Below are positions 40,034 through 50,928 of a DNA stretch of 64,000 nucleotides, in pieces; position 1 is the stretch's first letter, and each line of letters starts with the position of its first letter. The DNA is taken from positions 124,001 to 188,000 of the IMG/VR virus record IMGVR_UViG_3300047994_000374; one strand, given 5' to 3'. The notes under the pieces were generated by a model, which did no database searches, was not told where the DNA came from, and saw only the letters and a program-made list of their open reading frames with translations. The position numbers and the translations under genes were made by a program.

Positions 40034-41178
40034 TTTCTTTTATACTTTCCTCGATTTTTATTGGCGCAATGGGGGCACCAACTTCCTTTTTTTATAACGT
40101 ATGGAAATTGCTCCCATACATGTCCAAATTTACATTTCCATTTCAATTTTTGATTAGCGGCGCCGCAATAATCAGACAGGCATTTACCTCCTTTTGATTT
40201 AGCTATGTTCAAATATACATCAAAAGATTTTTTATCATAACAATTACTTAAATTTATATTTATATTTGGATAAGGTATATATATTTTATTATCTTTACAA
40301 AAATTAATTATTATGTTTCTTAATTTATTTAATGGAGTATTATTAAATAAATGTTTAATGACTATTAAATAAACGTTATATTTTTTACACATTTTTAATT
40401 TTAATTTATCATTTTTAATACAAGCGCTATTATCTCTTTTTTTATTTTTATAATGGAAAGTTCCGTTATGTTCGAAAGCTAAATTTAATTTTTCACAATA
40501 CCCATCTAATTCTAAATTGTATCCATTAGACTTTTTTAACCAATTAGGGCGAACATTGATAAATTTTTCTCCAAACATTTGTTCAAAATATGCTCTACAA
40601 ATTTCTTCACTTATATTATTTGTTCGAGAACATTTTGGGCACCAATGTTTATTATCAATTGCGCAATAATATACCATATAAAATATATGTTTGTTTTTGC
40701 ATTTAAATTTTAATTTTGATAAACTACCATTATATTTTTTAGATAAACAAATGCCACCCCTTTTTTCGGCATGTTCTTTTGCTTTTATTAATTGAGATAT
40801 TTGAAAGCATTTTTTACATCTAATAAAATCTTTGTCCATACCGTTTTTAGATTGTTTAAAATTAAAATTACATTTTAAACATTGCCATTTTAAAATATGT
40901 TTATTATCAATGTAGATCGTAGAAATGCACTTTACATTTTTACTTATATATTGATTATTTATTTTATTAATATCTAATTTTGCAATTCCAGAACACTCTC
41001 TGCACCATCGTTTGTCAAAAATACTTGATGGATCCATATAAAAAATATGATTATTTTTACATTGAAATTTTAATTTAGTTTTAATATTTATGTATGATTC
41101 AGATAAACATTCTCCATTTTTTTTATTACAAAAATTTAAAATTTTTATAAATTGCTTTTCCTTATTTACTGGACGCAT
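40030..41178 (-). CDS. Second zinc-ribbon repeat endonuclease-like protein, paralogue of 35319-36698
   Basis: G.CLS..Y repeats, WCP.C, SEEICR..., RP.WL, LELDGY..LAFEHNG..H. Confidence 0.7.
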   Translation of the reverse strand: MRPVNKEKQFIKILNFCNKKNGECLSESYINIKTKLKFQCKNNHIFYMDPSSIFDKRWCRECSGIAKLDINKINNQYISKNVKCISTIYIDNKHILKWQCLKCNFNFKQSKNGMDKDFIRCKKCFQISQLIKAKEHAEKRGGICLSKKYNGSLSKLKFKCKNKHIFYMVYYCAIDNKHWCPKCSRTNNISEEICRAYFEQMFGEKFINVRPNWLKKSNGYNLELDGYCEKLNLAFEHNGTFHYKNKKRDNSACIKNDKLKLKMCKKYNVYLIVIKHLFNNTPLNKLRNIIINFCKDNKIYIPYPNININLSNCYDKKSFDVYLNIAKSKGGKCLSDYCGAANQKLKWKCKFGHVWEQFPYVIKKGSWCPHCANKNRGKYKRK

Positions 41179-42292
41179 AATTTTATTATTTCGTGAGCTA
41201 TATTATCCCAGCTATATTTAGTAAAAATATATTCTTTATCAATATTCGCATTAATAATTTCATAATTACTATATGCCTGTTTAAGCTTATCGGCTGCTTC
41301 ATCTGTATTGGGATTAAAACATATGGCATTATTTTTCCCTTCCCAATACATACTTTTAGGATCTGCTCTCATTTCTTTGCCAGACACTAATAATGAATTA
41401 TTTTCATTTAAAAAATCTAATTGCCCGCCCCACGCAGGAGCAATAACCATTTTTCCGCAAGCAATAGATTCAAGTCCTGGAAAAAAAAAAATCCCTCACA
41501 GTGGCTTAAGGTAAAAGTACAATCAATGCTTCTATAAAGATCTGACATGTCTTCTATAAATTCTGTGTAAATTTTAAGTTCTGCGTGCTTTGGAAATTTT
41601 TTATTAAAATCAGATAGGCACTCTTTTAAAGATACATCGAAGGCTTGAACAATTGGCTTTTCTTTTGCCTTTAGAATTAAACATACGTCATCTTGGTTCG
41701 TAAAGGCTTTTCCATATGCTTCTAATATTCCTGGGATATTCTTTCTTTTATGATTTTGAGCCAAATTTACAAGTAATTTAAATTTCTTATTTGTTTTTAA
41801 ATCAATGGCGGTAGTCTTCTTATAATTTTCAACATTGATTCCGTGTGGTATAACTTTGATCGCAGAATATGGAATGCCTGAATTCATAAATACATCTTTA
41901 GCAAAATTGGTTGGAGCTAACAAATAATCGCAGGCTTTATAATTTTTAGCAAAACCTGATGGCAATACATTTTTGCCCTGCCACTCATAGCACCAGATTC
42001 CGAAACGATTTTTAGTTCCGTTTGAAAGATACATTGGGAAATTCCTCATTGCTGTATAGCTAATTTGAGCATCATATTCTGGATCAGGAAGACGTCCAAC
42101 TAATTTTTCTGGCTTATTTAATTCACAATAACCAATAACATGCGGTTTCAAATGATTTGGAATATGTTCAATGCCATCCGTCGAAAATAAATGAACTTCG
42201 TGTCCTTGTTTGATTAAAGCAGTTGCAATTCCATGCCCTACCTCAACCCAGCTATGCAACTTCCCTAAAAATTGTCTAATTAATATTTTCAT
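41166..42292 (-). pseudogene. GT4 glycosyltransferase split at a T11 homopolymer (41481-41491)
   Basis: KVIPHG, RKN motifs; a T9 allele would restore EGFFFPGLE (E-X7-E) and SIACGKMVIAPAWGG in one ORF. Confidence 0.8.
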
Positions 42293-42347
42293 GTGAAACT
42301 ACTAATTGTTTGAGATATATACATTATAGGTCCAAAGGAATAATAAA

Positions 42348-43196
42348 ATGAAAAAAGTAGGTCGTCCATCAATATTAAATATAACACAGAAAAAGGAAGT
42401 TGTCAAATATTATATCGAAAATCAAATGACACCAAATAAAATATGTAAAATTTTTTCTGTTTCAGAAGAAACAATTAGAAACATATTGATATCAGAAAAA
42501 GTGCCAAGAAGAACTTGCGCCGATTCTAAAAAACTAAGAATGAAATTTACATTCACAAAAATGAATAAAGATAAGGCTTTTTTATTGGGATTAATTTATG
42601 GCGACGGTTCAATAAGCAATAGGCAGTGCTATATTAATATAACTTCCGGTGATTTAGATTTACTAGAAAAAGCCCAAAATACATTTAAAAAATATGAAGG
42701 TGAATTTAAAATAGAACAAGTGAAGGGTAAAAAATATTATAGGGGTCATACCTATACTAAAAAACTGTGTGTGGAGTTATTTGATTTATTTAAGCTTACT
42801 AATAATAAGAGTGATAAATTAATATGGCCAAAATTAGATGATAAATTATTGCCTTATTTTATATCAGGATATTTAGCCACTGATGGTTGTATCACAATAG
42901 CAAAAAAAGATAATTTGTTACAGCTTATTTTTTATTCTTGTTCAGAGGGGCACTTGCAATCCTTAAATGAATACCTTTGTTATAAGACCAATTTGCCATT
43001 ACGTAAAATTTATAAACGTACAAAAATAAAAGGACATTTTGGTAAAAAGCCACTTTTTACTTTAAATTTCAATGGAATTAAAGCTGAAAAAGCTTGTGAA
43101 TTTATATTTGCCAATACTACTTCAGAAACAAGAAGTGATAGAAAGTTTTTAATATATAAAGAATTTATGAAATCTAAATATAATATTATTATTTAA
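42348..43196 (+). CDS. LAGLIDADG homing endonuclease with N-terminal HTH
   Basis: FLLGLIYGDGSI and FISGYLATDGCI motifs; opposite strand to neighbours. Confidence 0.85.
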   Translation: MKKVGRPSILNITQKKEVVKYYIENQMTPNKICKIFSVSEETIRNILISEKVPRRTCADSKKLRMKFTFTKMNKDKAFLLGLIYGDGSISNRQCYINITSGDLDLLEKAQNTFKKYEGEFKIEQVKGKKYYRGHTYTKKLCVELFDLFKLTNNKSDKLIWPKLDDKLLPYFISGYLATDGCITIAKKDNLLQLIFYSCSEGHLQSLNEYLCYKTNLPLRKIYKRTKIKGHFGKKPLFTLNFNGIKAEKACEFIFANTTSETRSDRKFLIYKEFMKSKYNIII

Positions 43197-43897
43197 GTCC
43201 AAAGCCATTTTCTAATTTTTATCAATCTCAAAATCATCTCTTCTTCTTGAGCTGCATTATACGCTTCTATTTCATTTAATTTTTTCCACCAAATTTCTTG
43301 ATCTGGTCGATTTTTCATTCGAGCCTCGTGCCAAGCATCAAGTGTATTTTCGGCGTCTTCTAATTTTCTTGGACGATCTTCATTCCACCATTTATGAAGA
43401 GCGAGCATCTCTAATCCAGCCTCTCTTTGATCAGACGATAATCCGCCCATATCATTTTCATTTTTTTCTATTTCATCTTCTGGTGGTATATAAAAATTGC
43501 TAAATTCATTATTCATAAAATTATTTAATATATTGAATAGGGCGTATAGAATTTGCTTATCTGAATCGCACCAACCATAATTGTAGTATTCTGGATTTGG
43601 TTTATTATTTTTTAATTTTGGTTGGCGTAAATCTAAAATATGATATCGATGTGATGGTATAAAATGACACTTAAACCAATAAATAGCATCTTTAATATGT
43701 CGTTTGGGAGCCCAGAAATATGTAGGTAATTGTTCTAATAGCCAGTAGCGAATTGGATAAGAAGATTTAACTTCTGTTCGCCAATCATCCCAAGTATAAG
43801 CTGACGAGTCACAATTAGAAAAGCCTTTTATTGGCAAGGCGTTTGATTTTGAACGACCCAATTCTTTTGGAGTTGGAAGGTGAAAAAATTTAAACAT
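43193..43897 (-). CDS. Trp-rich hypothetical phage protein
   Basis: 234-aa ORF behind TTGACT-N16-TACATT (43904-43931). Confidence 0.65.
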   Translation of the reverse strand: MFKFFHLPTPKELGRSKSNALPIKGFSNCDSSAYTWDDWRTEVKSSYPIRYWLLEQLPTYFWAPKRHIKDAIYWFKCHFIPSHRYHILDLRQPKLKNNKPNPEYYNYGWCDSDKQILYALFNILNNFMNNEFSNFYIPPEDEIEKNENDMGGLSSDQREAGLEMLALHKWWNEDRPRKLEDAENTLDAWHEARMKNRPDQEIWWKKLNEIEAYNAAQEEEMILRLIKIRKWLWT

Positions 43898-43976
43898 TGT
43901 TGCAATGTAATGATTATTTTTTAAAAGTCAAATAGAATGCGTAACGATCTAATTTATATGCCACCCTTGTCCCACT

Positions 43977-45859
43977 TTATGATCCTAGGCTTTGAAATAC
44001 TGGGGCAGCTATGGCAGCAATCAATGCGCAGCCCGCTGGTGTTGGGTGAACTCCACCAGATTGAAAATATGTAGCATTATTTTTAGCACCAACGGTATTT
44101 AGTAGAGGTTGCGTGGTTAAATTTACTACTGCGTCGGCTCCTGCGGCGTTTGCAATAACAAGTGCGTTAAATGTAGCCCTATTAGTATCATATGTTGATT
44201 GTGGTGTAGATCCGGCATTTCGATCTATCATAGTCCATGCAATTACTTTCCAACCTGCTGCCTGTCTGGTTTGAATATATGATGTATAATTTGCATATAC
44301 CGATGCAGCACTTACCGATCCATTTGCAAGGTCATTTGTGCCACCAAAGCAGCTGCAAATATTAAGCTGAAATGCATCATAAAGTGGATCGATATATGTG
44401 GGTGCCAACTGAATCATTCCGGGCGTTCCAGCCAAGGTTTGTCCGCTTATTCCTTTATTTATTAATTTACCGAATTTATTGCCTAATAATGCTTCCAACT
44501 GTCCGACATAACCCTGTGTTGCAATATTGGTTAAGCCAAATCCTGCAGTAATTGAGTCGCCATCTGCTACAACATTATAAATTTGTGGGAATGATGGTAT
44601 GATATGCATAAACGGCGCATTTGCCGTTGGATATCCTTCAATCATTTGAACGCGCGAAGTCATTTGTAATGTTGTGCCATAGCCATTAATATTCATTCCG
44701 CCAGAAGGTGAGATACTTGCAAAAGTTGTTGCCCCAGAACTACCAAGGCTAATAAGCGGCTTTCCTACTGACATATAAGAGGCAGAGCTTTGTCCAGCAC
44801 CAAATGAAATCATAAAATGAAGTGATTTATTTTTTTTCCATGATAATACAACAGATGATAACCAGGCAGAACTATGTACAACGACATTGAGCTTACGAGT
44901 AGATGTAATCTCAATATATGTGGTTGAATCATTTGGATCGCTCCACAATCTACGTGGAAATGCGTATGCGGAAATATCAGCTTTTGGACACCATTGAAGA
45001 TGTAAATTTAGGCGTCCGCCCGAAAAGCATGCAGCTCCGTTTGGAATAAGAATTTCTTCACCCTGTCGACTCGCTGGATTAGGTGCAGTAGTTGCTGCAT
45101 TTGGAATATATTCAGTTGCAACTTGCCCAGCTTCTACTTGAAATCCCCATACATAAACACTAACAGGAACGATAGTGGGTTGTGTTCTTTGATCAAATGT
45201 CAATGCAGTCGCTGGTGAAACATATTGTTCAAAGCGATGCCAAATTGGTGTTGCATTGAAAGGTGGCAAATCATATGGTTTTACTTCGGTCGCGACGCCA
45301 TTTAAATTAATAAAAAGGTTTGTTGCTCCAGATCCAGAACTCCATTGGCATAATGAAAGCTCCAAATCGAGTTGGATTGTTGATTGCTTTCAAGCCAAAA
45401 TGCGTTATATGAGCTGGTATCTGGAACTGTAAGTAATGTTGCTGTTAAATTTCCGTCTGGCGCTTGTTCATTAGCCGTGGCAGTCCCGGTGCCTGGAGTG
45501 AATGCCCAAATCGATCCACTGCCCGTTGCACCTGGACCAACTGAAACGGGTCCGTTATTACTAGATGCATGATCAATAACAAGTCCGCGAGTTTCTGCAC
45601 TTTCACCAGCTTGACCAATACGAGCAATATTAGCTAATATTCCAGTAATAACGTCACCTTCACTAACTCTAACAGAGGCTGGAGGATCAGATGTTGTATT
45701 TGCGCATGCTCGAAGTAAAGATATTGTACCAGCGATTGGATCGGTTGGTAAAGTAGTTTGAGGTCCAATTCCTAATTTCGTAAAATCAAAAGACCATGAT
45801 GGAGTTATGGTTGAGCTTGATACAAATCCATTTTCATTTAATATAACGCCAATGCCCAT
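43977..45859 (-). CDS. Virion-associated carbohydrate-binding + SGNH/GDSL esterase protein, split by a -1 frameshift in 45302-45365
   Basis: APDG..TATLL half-domain in ORF 45302-45859 is continued by WHRF..VWGFQVEAG..ATEYIP in ORF 43977-45365; DGDSIT, GISG, GTND, VHP SGNH blocks. Confidence 0.7.
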
Positions 45860-48800
45860 TATAGTAATTCCTTACTATTTACGTCAATGGTCCAATCAAT
45901 AGTGGTTGTGTCACCAGCAATTTGTACAAGCCATGTATTACCTATTATGCCGATGGATGCCCCCCAAGCGGAACCATTACCAAATGTATCTGGCGCTGAA
46001 TCTGATGACCCACCTGATAATAAGTGTGGAGCGCTGGCGTTGTATCTATTGTAAGTTGCATGAAGTTTCCACTTAGCACTATCAGGACCATTTTTATTCT
46101 TAGCTAAAACCGTTACCTCGATAGCTGTTAAAGAGTCATCCTTTAAAGCTACTGGAGCAAAAGCATTTACAGGCGTTGCAGATGTCGTTCTAATTTTATA
46201 TTTGTTGGCTAATTCAGTTTGCTGACCATTACCATCAACCAATATCCATGATTGCGAGCCGCCGATCATTTGGAAAGATGAGAAAATTCCAATAGGTGGA
46301 GAAACTTCAGCTAAGTTTAAACCACCGCCGAAACCACTTACTAAACTTAACATATTTTGAACTTTACTCGAACCAACGAACAGTGGAGCGTTATTGAATC
46401 CGCCCTTCTTTAAAAATACGTTAACTTGAACTTTGGTGCTTAATGTAGTTAGAACTGCGTCTTCATAAAGATTTGTGAAATTTAATGTTAATAATCCGGT
46501 TGTGTAATCAATATTAACGCCCATCTTGCCATCTACAATTGCGCCATAATATCCGTCAGAACTTAAGCCATTGGTATTAGGCGAAAAGGATTGAACCGCA
46601 ACGCTGAAGCGCAACTGATCATTTGTTAGCGCTTCTGAAGTTACAAATGAACAATCGGCAAATCTTAATGATGGAAAACCTAGACGAGTGGTTCCATTGC
46701 CCGTATAATCGACAATGAAATCGTTCATAATATCAATCGTCTTTTCTGCACCAAAGAACCCGTCTGGAATTTCCAAAACAATGGTGCCTACTTCAAAATC
46801 TACCTTATAAAAATCACCATCTGGGCGCTTTAATTCACCAGTTCCAATGATTAAGTTATTGGGCGCGAAGACATCGACAACACCTGGATCGAAATCTTGC
46901 GGAACTGGATAAACGGATGATTGAACGCCTTCAATACTACAGTTATTAACAATCAATCCATTTTCAGAGCTAAAAATAGTGGGGACCAAACGACCCTGGC
47001 TGCTTACTGAAATAAGTGATTTATCCCAAGTTAATTCTTTATCAATCGCAATAGGAAGTGGGAAATGAAAGAAATCATGACCAGCTAAATAACCATCACC
47101 CAAGAAAATATCTTGCACTGGATGGACGGATACTGCACGAGTAGCTGGGTTTGAAGTGTAATCATCATTTCGATCGACAAACAACTCTACTCTTAATCGA
47201 ATGACATTGAAGCGGGAACCAATTTTAAGATAAGGATCTGAAGTGGGTCCTGGATACAAAGTAGATGCTGTTGGTATCGTTGGATTAACTTGCCTTTCAA
47301 TATATGCATTTAATAAATAGCCATCTGCATTTGAAATAACGAAATCGCCATCAATATCTGCTCTAAACATCTGGGCTAAATTATCACCCGTTAAAAATGT
47401 CTTACTAATCGTTAATGCGTTCGCTTCCACATCTAAACTAACAATATTAAATCCGCCCCAATCCGCCTCATTCACCGTAGAATTGAAGATAACAAGATTA
47501 TAAGAGCTTAACCCTATAATCTCATTAAAGAGCACTGTAGAGCTTGTAAAGACCGCCGTAGATGGAGATGAAGGATCAACGACAATGTATCCGTCATAAC
47601 CATCTGCTGCAACTAAATTGGTAGCAGGATCAACCAGTTGAAATTGAATAGTGGATAAATTAGCGAATGGCTGTGTTAATGTTTGATAGCCATTTGAAAA
47701 AGTTGTTGTATAGCCATCTGAAACGATTGTTGTGTGAGCCTGTAAGCCGACATTTAAATTATAACCTAAATAATTATTAAGAAGATCTAGATCACTTTCA
47801 TCTACAATCCCATCGCCGTTCACATCACCTAAAATCATTGAATCAAGGTGAGCATCTGCAATACGATAAAAAGTGGATGGATTGGTTGCATCTGGAATAA
47901 TTTTAGCACCAACTAAATCGCCATTAAGAAGATTGGTCATCAATCCAGAAACAGAAGTGTCGAACCTTTTTGCATCGGTAGGATCGTCAACCACTTTAAT
48001 AAGAAGCTCGTCAAAGGCAAATGCAGCTGAATACAAAGTGCTATTGATTTGTGAATCGCTTGGATTAAATGACTTAATGTTTTTATCAGATATTGTGCCG
48101 AGAACTAATGGCTCTGAAGCATTTTCTAAATTCGTAATATCAATTGTATTGAGAAGTTCAATAGATGGTTCATTTTGCTGACGAGAAAATACTGGATTGC
48201 CCGTTCTTTGATCTGGAACGGGAACGCTTTCAACATTTGCACTTTGATACACCAAACTATAAACATCATTGCCAGTGAATGAAGTTGCTGGAAATACATA
48301 ATCAATAGTGGATTGGGTGGTGGGGTCAAGGATAGTTTTCGTAATTTGAGATCCAACCCCCTGATCATAAGCTGCACCATCCGTAATTGTTGCCGAGTCG
48401 GTCCATACTTGAAACCATAAATCTTGATCTGTTAAATCAACCCACAATGAGCCTGTAAAAGAAGTCACTCTCGCATTGGCTGTTAAATCGCCACCGCCTG
48501 AAACAAGAATATCACAGGCATTATTTGAGCCGGATCGTTTGAGGGCGAAACAAAGATAAGAGCCAATATCAATTGTATTTCCATTAGCTACAGCAGAATT
48601 AGAGAAAATAAAATCGACAGGTTGTGGAATACTTGATAACACGATACCGGCTGCCATTAAGCTTGTGTAATTAAAGCTAATTTGAGCGAGTGGAATATTT
48701 GATGGTGAAAAATCAATGGGCAAGTTTGGAGTAATATCAGAATCGCAATTAACCGTAGATTGAAGTGGATAGATGCTTAAAATTAAATCACCAGTCCAAT

Positions 48801-49611
48801 TTAAATTTGTCGATTGTCCGAGTGTTGTATTTTGAACACTTAATAATACAGTTATCTTTTGAATGTTATTTGTGGTGGCTAAAAACTTTTCACCGATTTG
48901 AGAGGTTACATCATTTGCGGCAAGAGTAAATGCTTGGAGCTGTTGCGTTTGAATATTAAGCCGTGTAATATCGTAAAGTGGCAACGCTGCAATCAACATG
49001 TTTTGAAGCGAAGTGAAGCCCGTTGATGGATCTAAGAAGAAATTGGCAAATGGAAGATTAGGCTGCTCGACCTGTGATACCATGATTGGAGATGAGCTTA
49101 AAGTTAAAGGCGCTGCTTCTGAAATAACAAGACGACCACCCAAATTGAAACTGACTTTTGGATCACCATTTAAATCATTAAATAGAAGAACTAAAATTTT
49201 TGCGAAATGCTTTCTTGATATAAGCGTTTCATTGGTTTTAAAAATAAATGTTTCGTATTGAAGGTTGGAATTAAAATCAAGACCAATAACGATAACTTTA
49301 ACTTGTTTCGATCCGCTTGCTAAACTATTCGTTAATGATAAAGACAGTTGATTGCCGAAATTATTATCGGATGGTTGTGCTTGAGGAGAAATACTTTTAC
49401 CATCAATATAACCAACAACCAAATCGCTATCAAAAAGAATTGGTGCGATGAGATTTGAAGAAAGGATGCCTGACCCTATATGATTATTAATTAAAGCTAC
49501 GGTGGTTTGTGTTTGCGAATTTTGAAGCTCAGTCAGGTCTTCCGATTCGACTTGCTGAGAATCATAGAAGAGGCTTGTTTGAACACTGATTGGCAGTCTA
49601 TTATTAGGCAT
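45859..49611 (-). CDS. Large virion structural protein with split dockerin-like Ca-binding repeats
   Basis: GDVNGDGIVDESDL..L..YL and ADIDGDFVISNADG.LL..YI; late-type motif upstream. Confidence 0.65.
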   Translation of the reverse strand: MPNNRLPISVQTSLFYDSQQVESEDLTELQNSQTQTTVALINNHIGSGILSSNLIAPILFDSDLVVGYIDGKSISPQAQPSDNNFGNQLSLSLTNSLASGSKQVKVIVIGLDFNSNLQYETFIFKTNETLISRKHFAKILVLLFNDLNGDPKVSFNLGGRLVISEAAPLTLSSSPIMVSQVEQPNLPFANFFLDPSTGFTSLQNMLIAALPLYDITRLNIQTQQLQAFTLAANDVTSQIGEKFLATTNNIQKITVLLSVQNTTLGQSTNLNWTGDLILSIYPLQSTVNCDSDITPNLPIDFSPSNIPLAQISFNYTSLMAAGIVLSSIPQPVDFIFSNSAVANGNTIDIGSYLCFALKRSGSNNACDILVSGGGDLTANARVTSFTGSLWVDLTDQDLWFQVWTDSATITDGAAYDQGVGSQITKTILDPTTQSTIDYVFPATSFTGNDVYSLVYQSANVESVPVPDQRTGNPVFSRQQNEPSIELLNTIDITNLENASEPLVLGTISDKNIKSFNPSDSQINSTLYSAAFAFDELLIKVVDDPTDAKRFDTSVSGLMTNLLNGDLVGAKIIPDATNPSTFYRIADAHLDSMILGDVNGDGIVDESDLDLLNNYLGYNLNVGLQAHTTIVSDGYTTTFSNGYQTLTQPFANLSTIQFQLVDPATNLVAADGYDGYIVVDPSSPSTAVFTSSTVLFNEIIGLSSYNLVIFNSTVNEADWGGFNIVSLDVEANALTISKTFLTGDNLAQMFRADIDGDFVISNADGYLLNAYIERQVNPTIPTASTLYPGPTSDPYLKIGSRFNVIRLRVELFVDRNDDYTSNPATRAVSVHPVQDIFLGDGYLAGHDFFHFPLPIAIDKELTWDKSLISVSSQGRLVPTIFSSENGLIVNNCSIEGVQSSVYPVPQDFDPGVVDVFAPNNLIIGTGELKRPDGDFYKVDFEVGTIVLEIPDGFFGAEKTIDIMNDFIVDYTGNGTTRLGFPSLRFADCSFVTSEALTNDQLRFSVAVQSFSPNTNGLSSDGYYGAIVDGKMGVNIDYTTGLLTLNFTNLYEDAVLTTLSTKVQVNVFLKKGGFNNAPLFVGSSKVQNMLSLVSGFGGGLNLAEVSPPIGIFSSFQMIGGSQSWILVDGNGQQTELANKYKIRTTSATPVNAFAPVALKDDSLTAIEVTVLAKNKNGPDSAKWKLHATYNRYNASAPHLLSGGSSDSAPDTFGNGSAWGASIGIIGNTWLVQIAGDTTTIDWTIDVNSKELL

Positions 49612-49625
49612 GTGTTTCCATTATT

Positions 49626-49638
49626 ATGCGTGAATATT
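49626..49638 (-). promoter_or_regulatory. Late-type promoter candidate AATATTCACGCAT
   Basis: AATA-N5-GCAT about 15 nt upstream of ATG 49611. Confidence 0.45.
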
Positions 49639-49718
49639 GGGTGGGCTTACTTTTGACTTTATACCTATTATATATCCAATAAAATAATTGATTTTTTAAT
49701 AAAATCTACTAAAGTATT

Positions 49719-49734
49719 GATATATAGTTATATA
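49719..49734 (+). promoter_or_regulatory. GATATATAGTTATATA promoter candidate
   Basis: Identical 16-mer at 62161-62176 (minus) upstream of the baseplate J gene. Confidence 0.55.
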
Positions 49735-49737
49735 CAG

Positions 49738-50928
49738 ATGCTCAAGTCCTATAAATATCGCATTTATCCCACTAAAGAACAAGAAAAACACTTTGTTTAA
49801 TCAATGGGTTGTGTTCGTTATATTTATAATAAAGGTCTCGAAACAAAAATAAAATACTACGAAACAAATGGTAAAACATTAAATTATTTTGATATGGCAG
49901 GACCGACAGGGCTTTTAATTAAAGAAAAACGAGAATATACTTGGCTAAATATTCCCAATGCCCAGTCTCTTCAGATGAGTTTGAGGAATTTAGATAATGC
50001 TTTTACAAATTTTTTCAAAAAGAAAAGTAAATTCCCAGTATTTAAAAAGAAATCTGGACATGAGTCAATTCAATATCCACAATATGTTTTTGTAGATTTT
50101 AAAAATAACATAACTAAAATTCCAAAAGCAGGAAAAGTATTTACAGTTTTTGACAGGAAATTTGATGGCAAGATTAAAACTTGTACTGTATCCAAGACAC
50201 CAACTAATAAGTTTTTCATCTCAATTCTTGTGGATGATTCAAAAGAACTTCCAATGAAAGCACAGATCAATTCACTTACGGCAGTTGGTATCGATCTGGG
50301 CATTAAAGACTTCGCTATACTTTCAAATGGGGAAAAGGTCGCGAACCCAAAATATCTAAAGAAAGTTTTAAATAGAATTAAAGTTTTACAAAAAAGAGCC
50401 TCAAAGAAAACGAAAGGATCAAATAATAAAAAGAAAGCAAATTTAAAGATAGCAAGAGCTTATGAAAAAGTATCTAACCAGCGCACAGATTTTTTACAGA
50501 AGACTTCCACAAAAATAATTCGTGAGAACCAAACGATTATTTTAGAGGATCTTAATGTATCTGGTATGATGAAAAATCATAAGTTGTCTCAAGCAATCTC
50601 GGATGTTAGTTGGTCAGAATTCATACGCATGCTCACATACAAAGCCGAGTGGAATGGGAAAAACATTATTCACATAGGGCGGTTTGAACCGAGCAGCAAG
50701 TTATGTAATGAATGCGGTTGGAAGAATAAAGAATTAACTTTGGCAGACCGAGAGTGGTCATGCAAAGAATGCGGCGTAGTTCATGACAGAGATCTGAATG
50801 CCGCAATAAACATTAAAAAGTTTGGTCTGATAAAGGCTAAATCAGGGCAGGAATTGTCCGAAGAGCTTGTGGAGATGCCTCGTTGTAAAGGGGATCAAAG
50901 AAACAAGAAGTCAAAAACCGCAAGGTAA
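49738..50928 (+). mobile_element. tnpB: Solo IS200/IS605-family TnpB with in-frame TAA at 49798-49800
   Basis: MLKSYKYRIYPTKEQEKHFV*SMGCVRYIYN HTH start; RuvC GIDLG, ILEDL, DRDLNAA; CNEC/CKEC zinc finger; no tnpA in the window. Confidence 0.9.
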
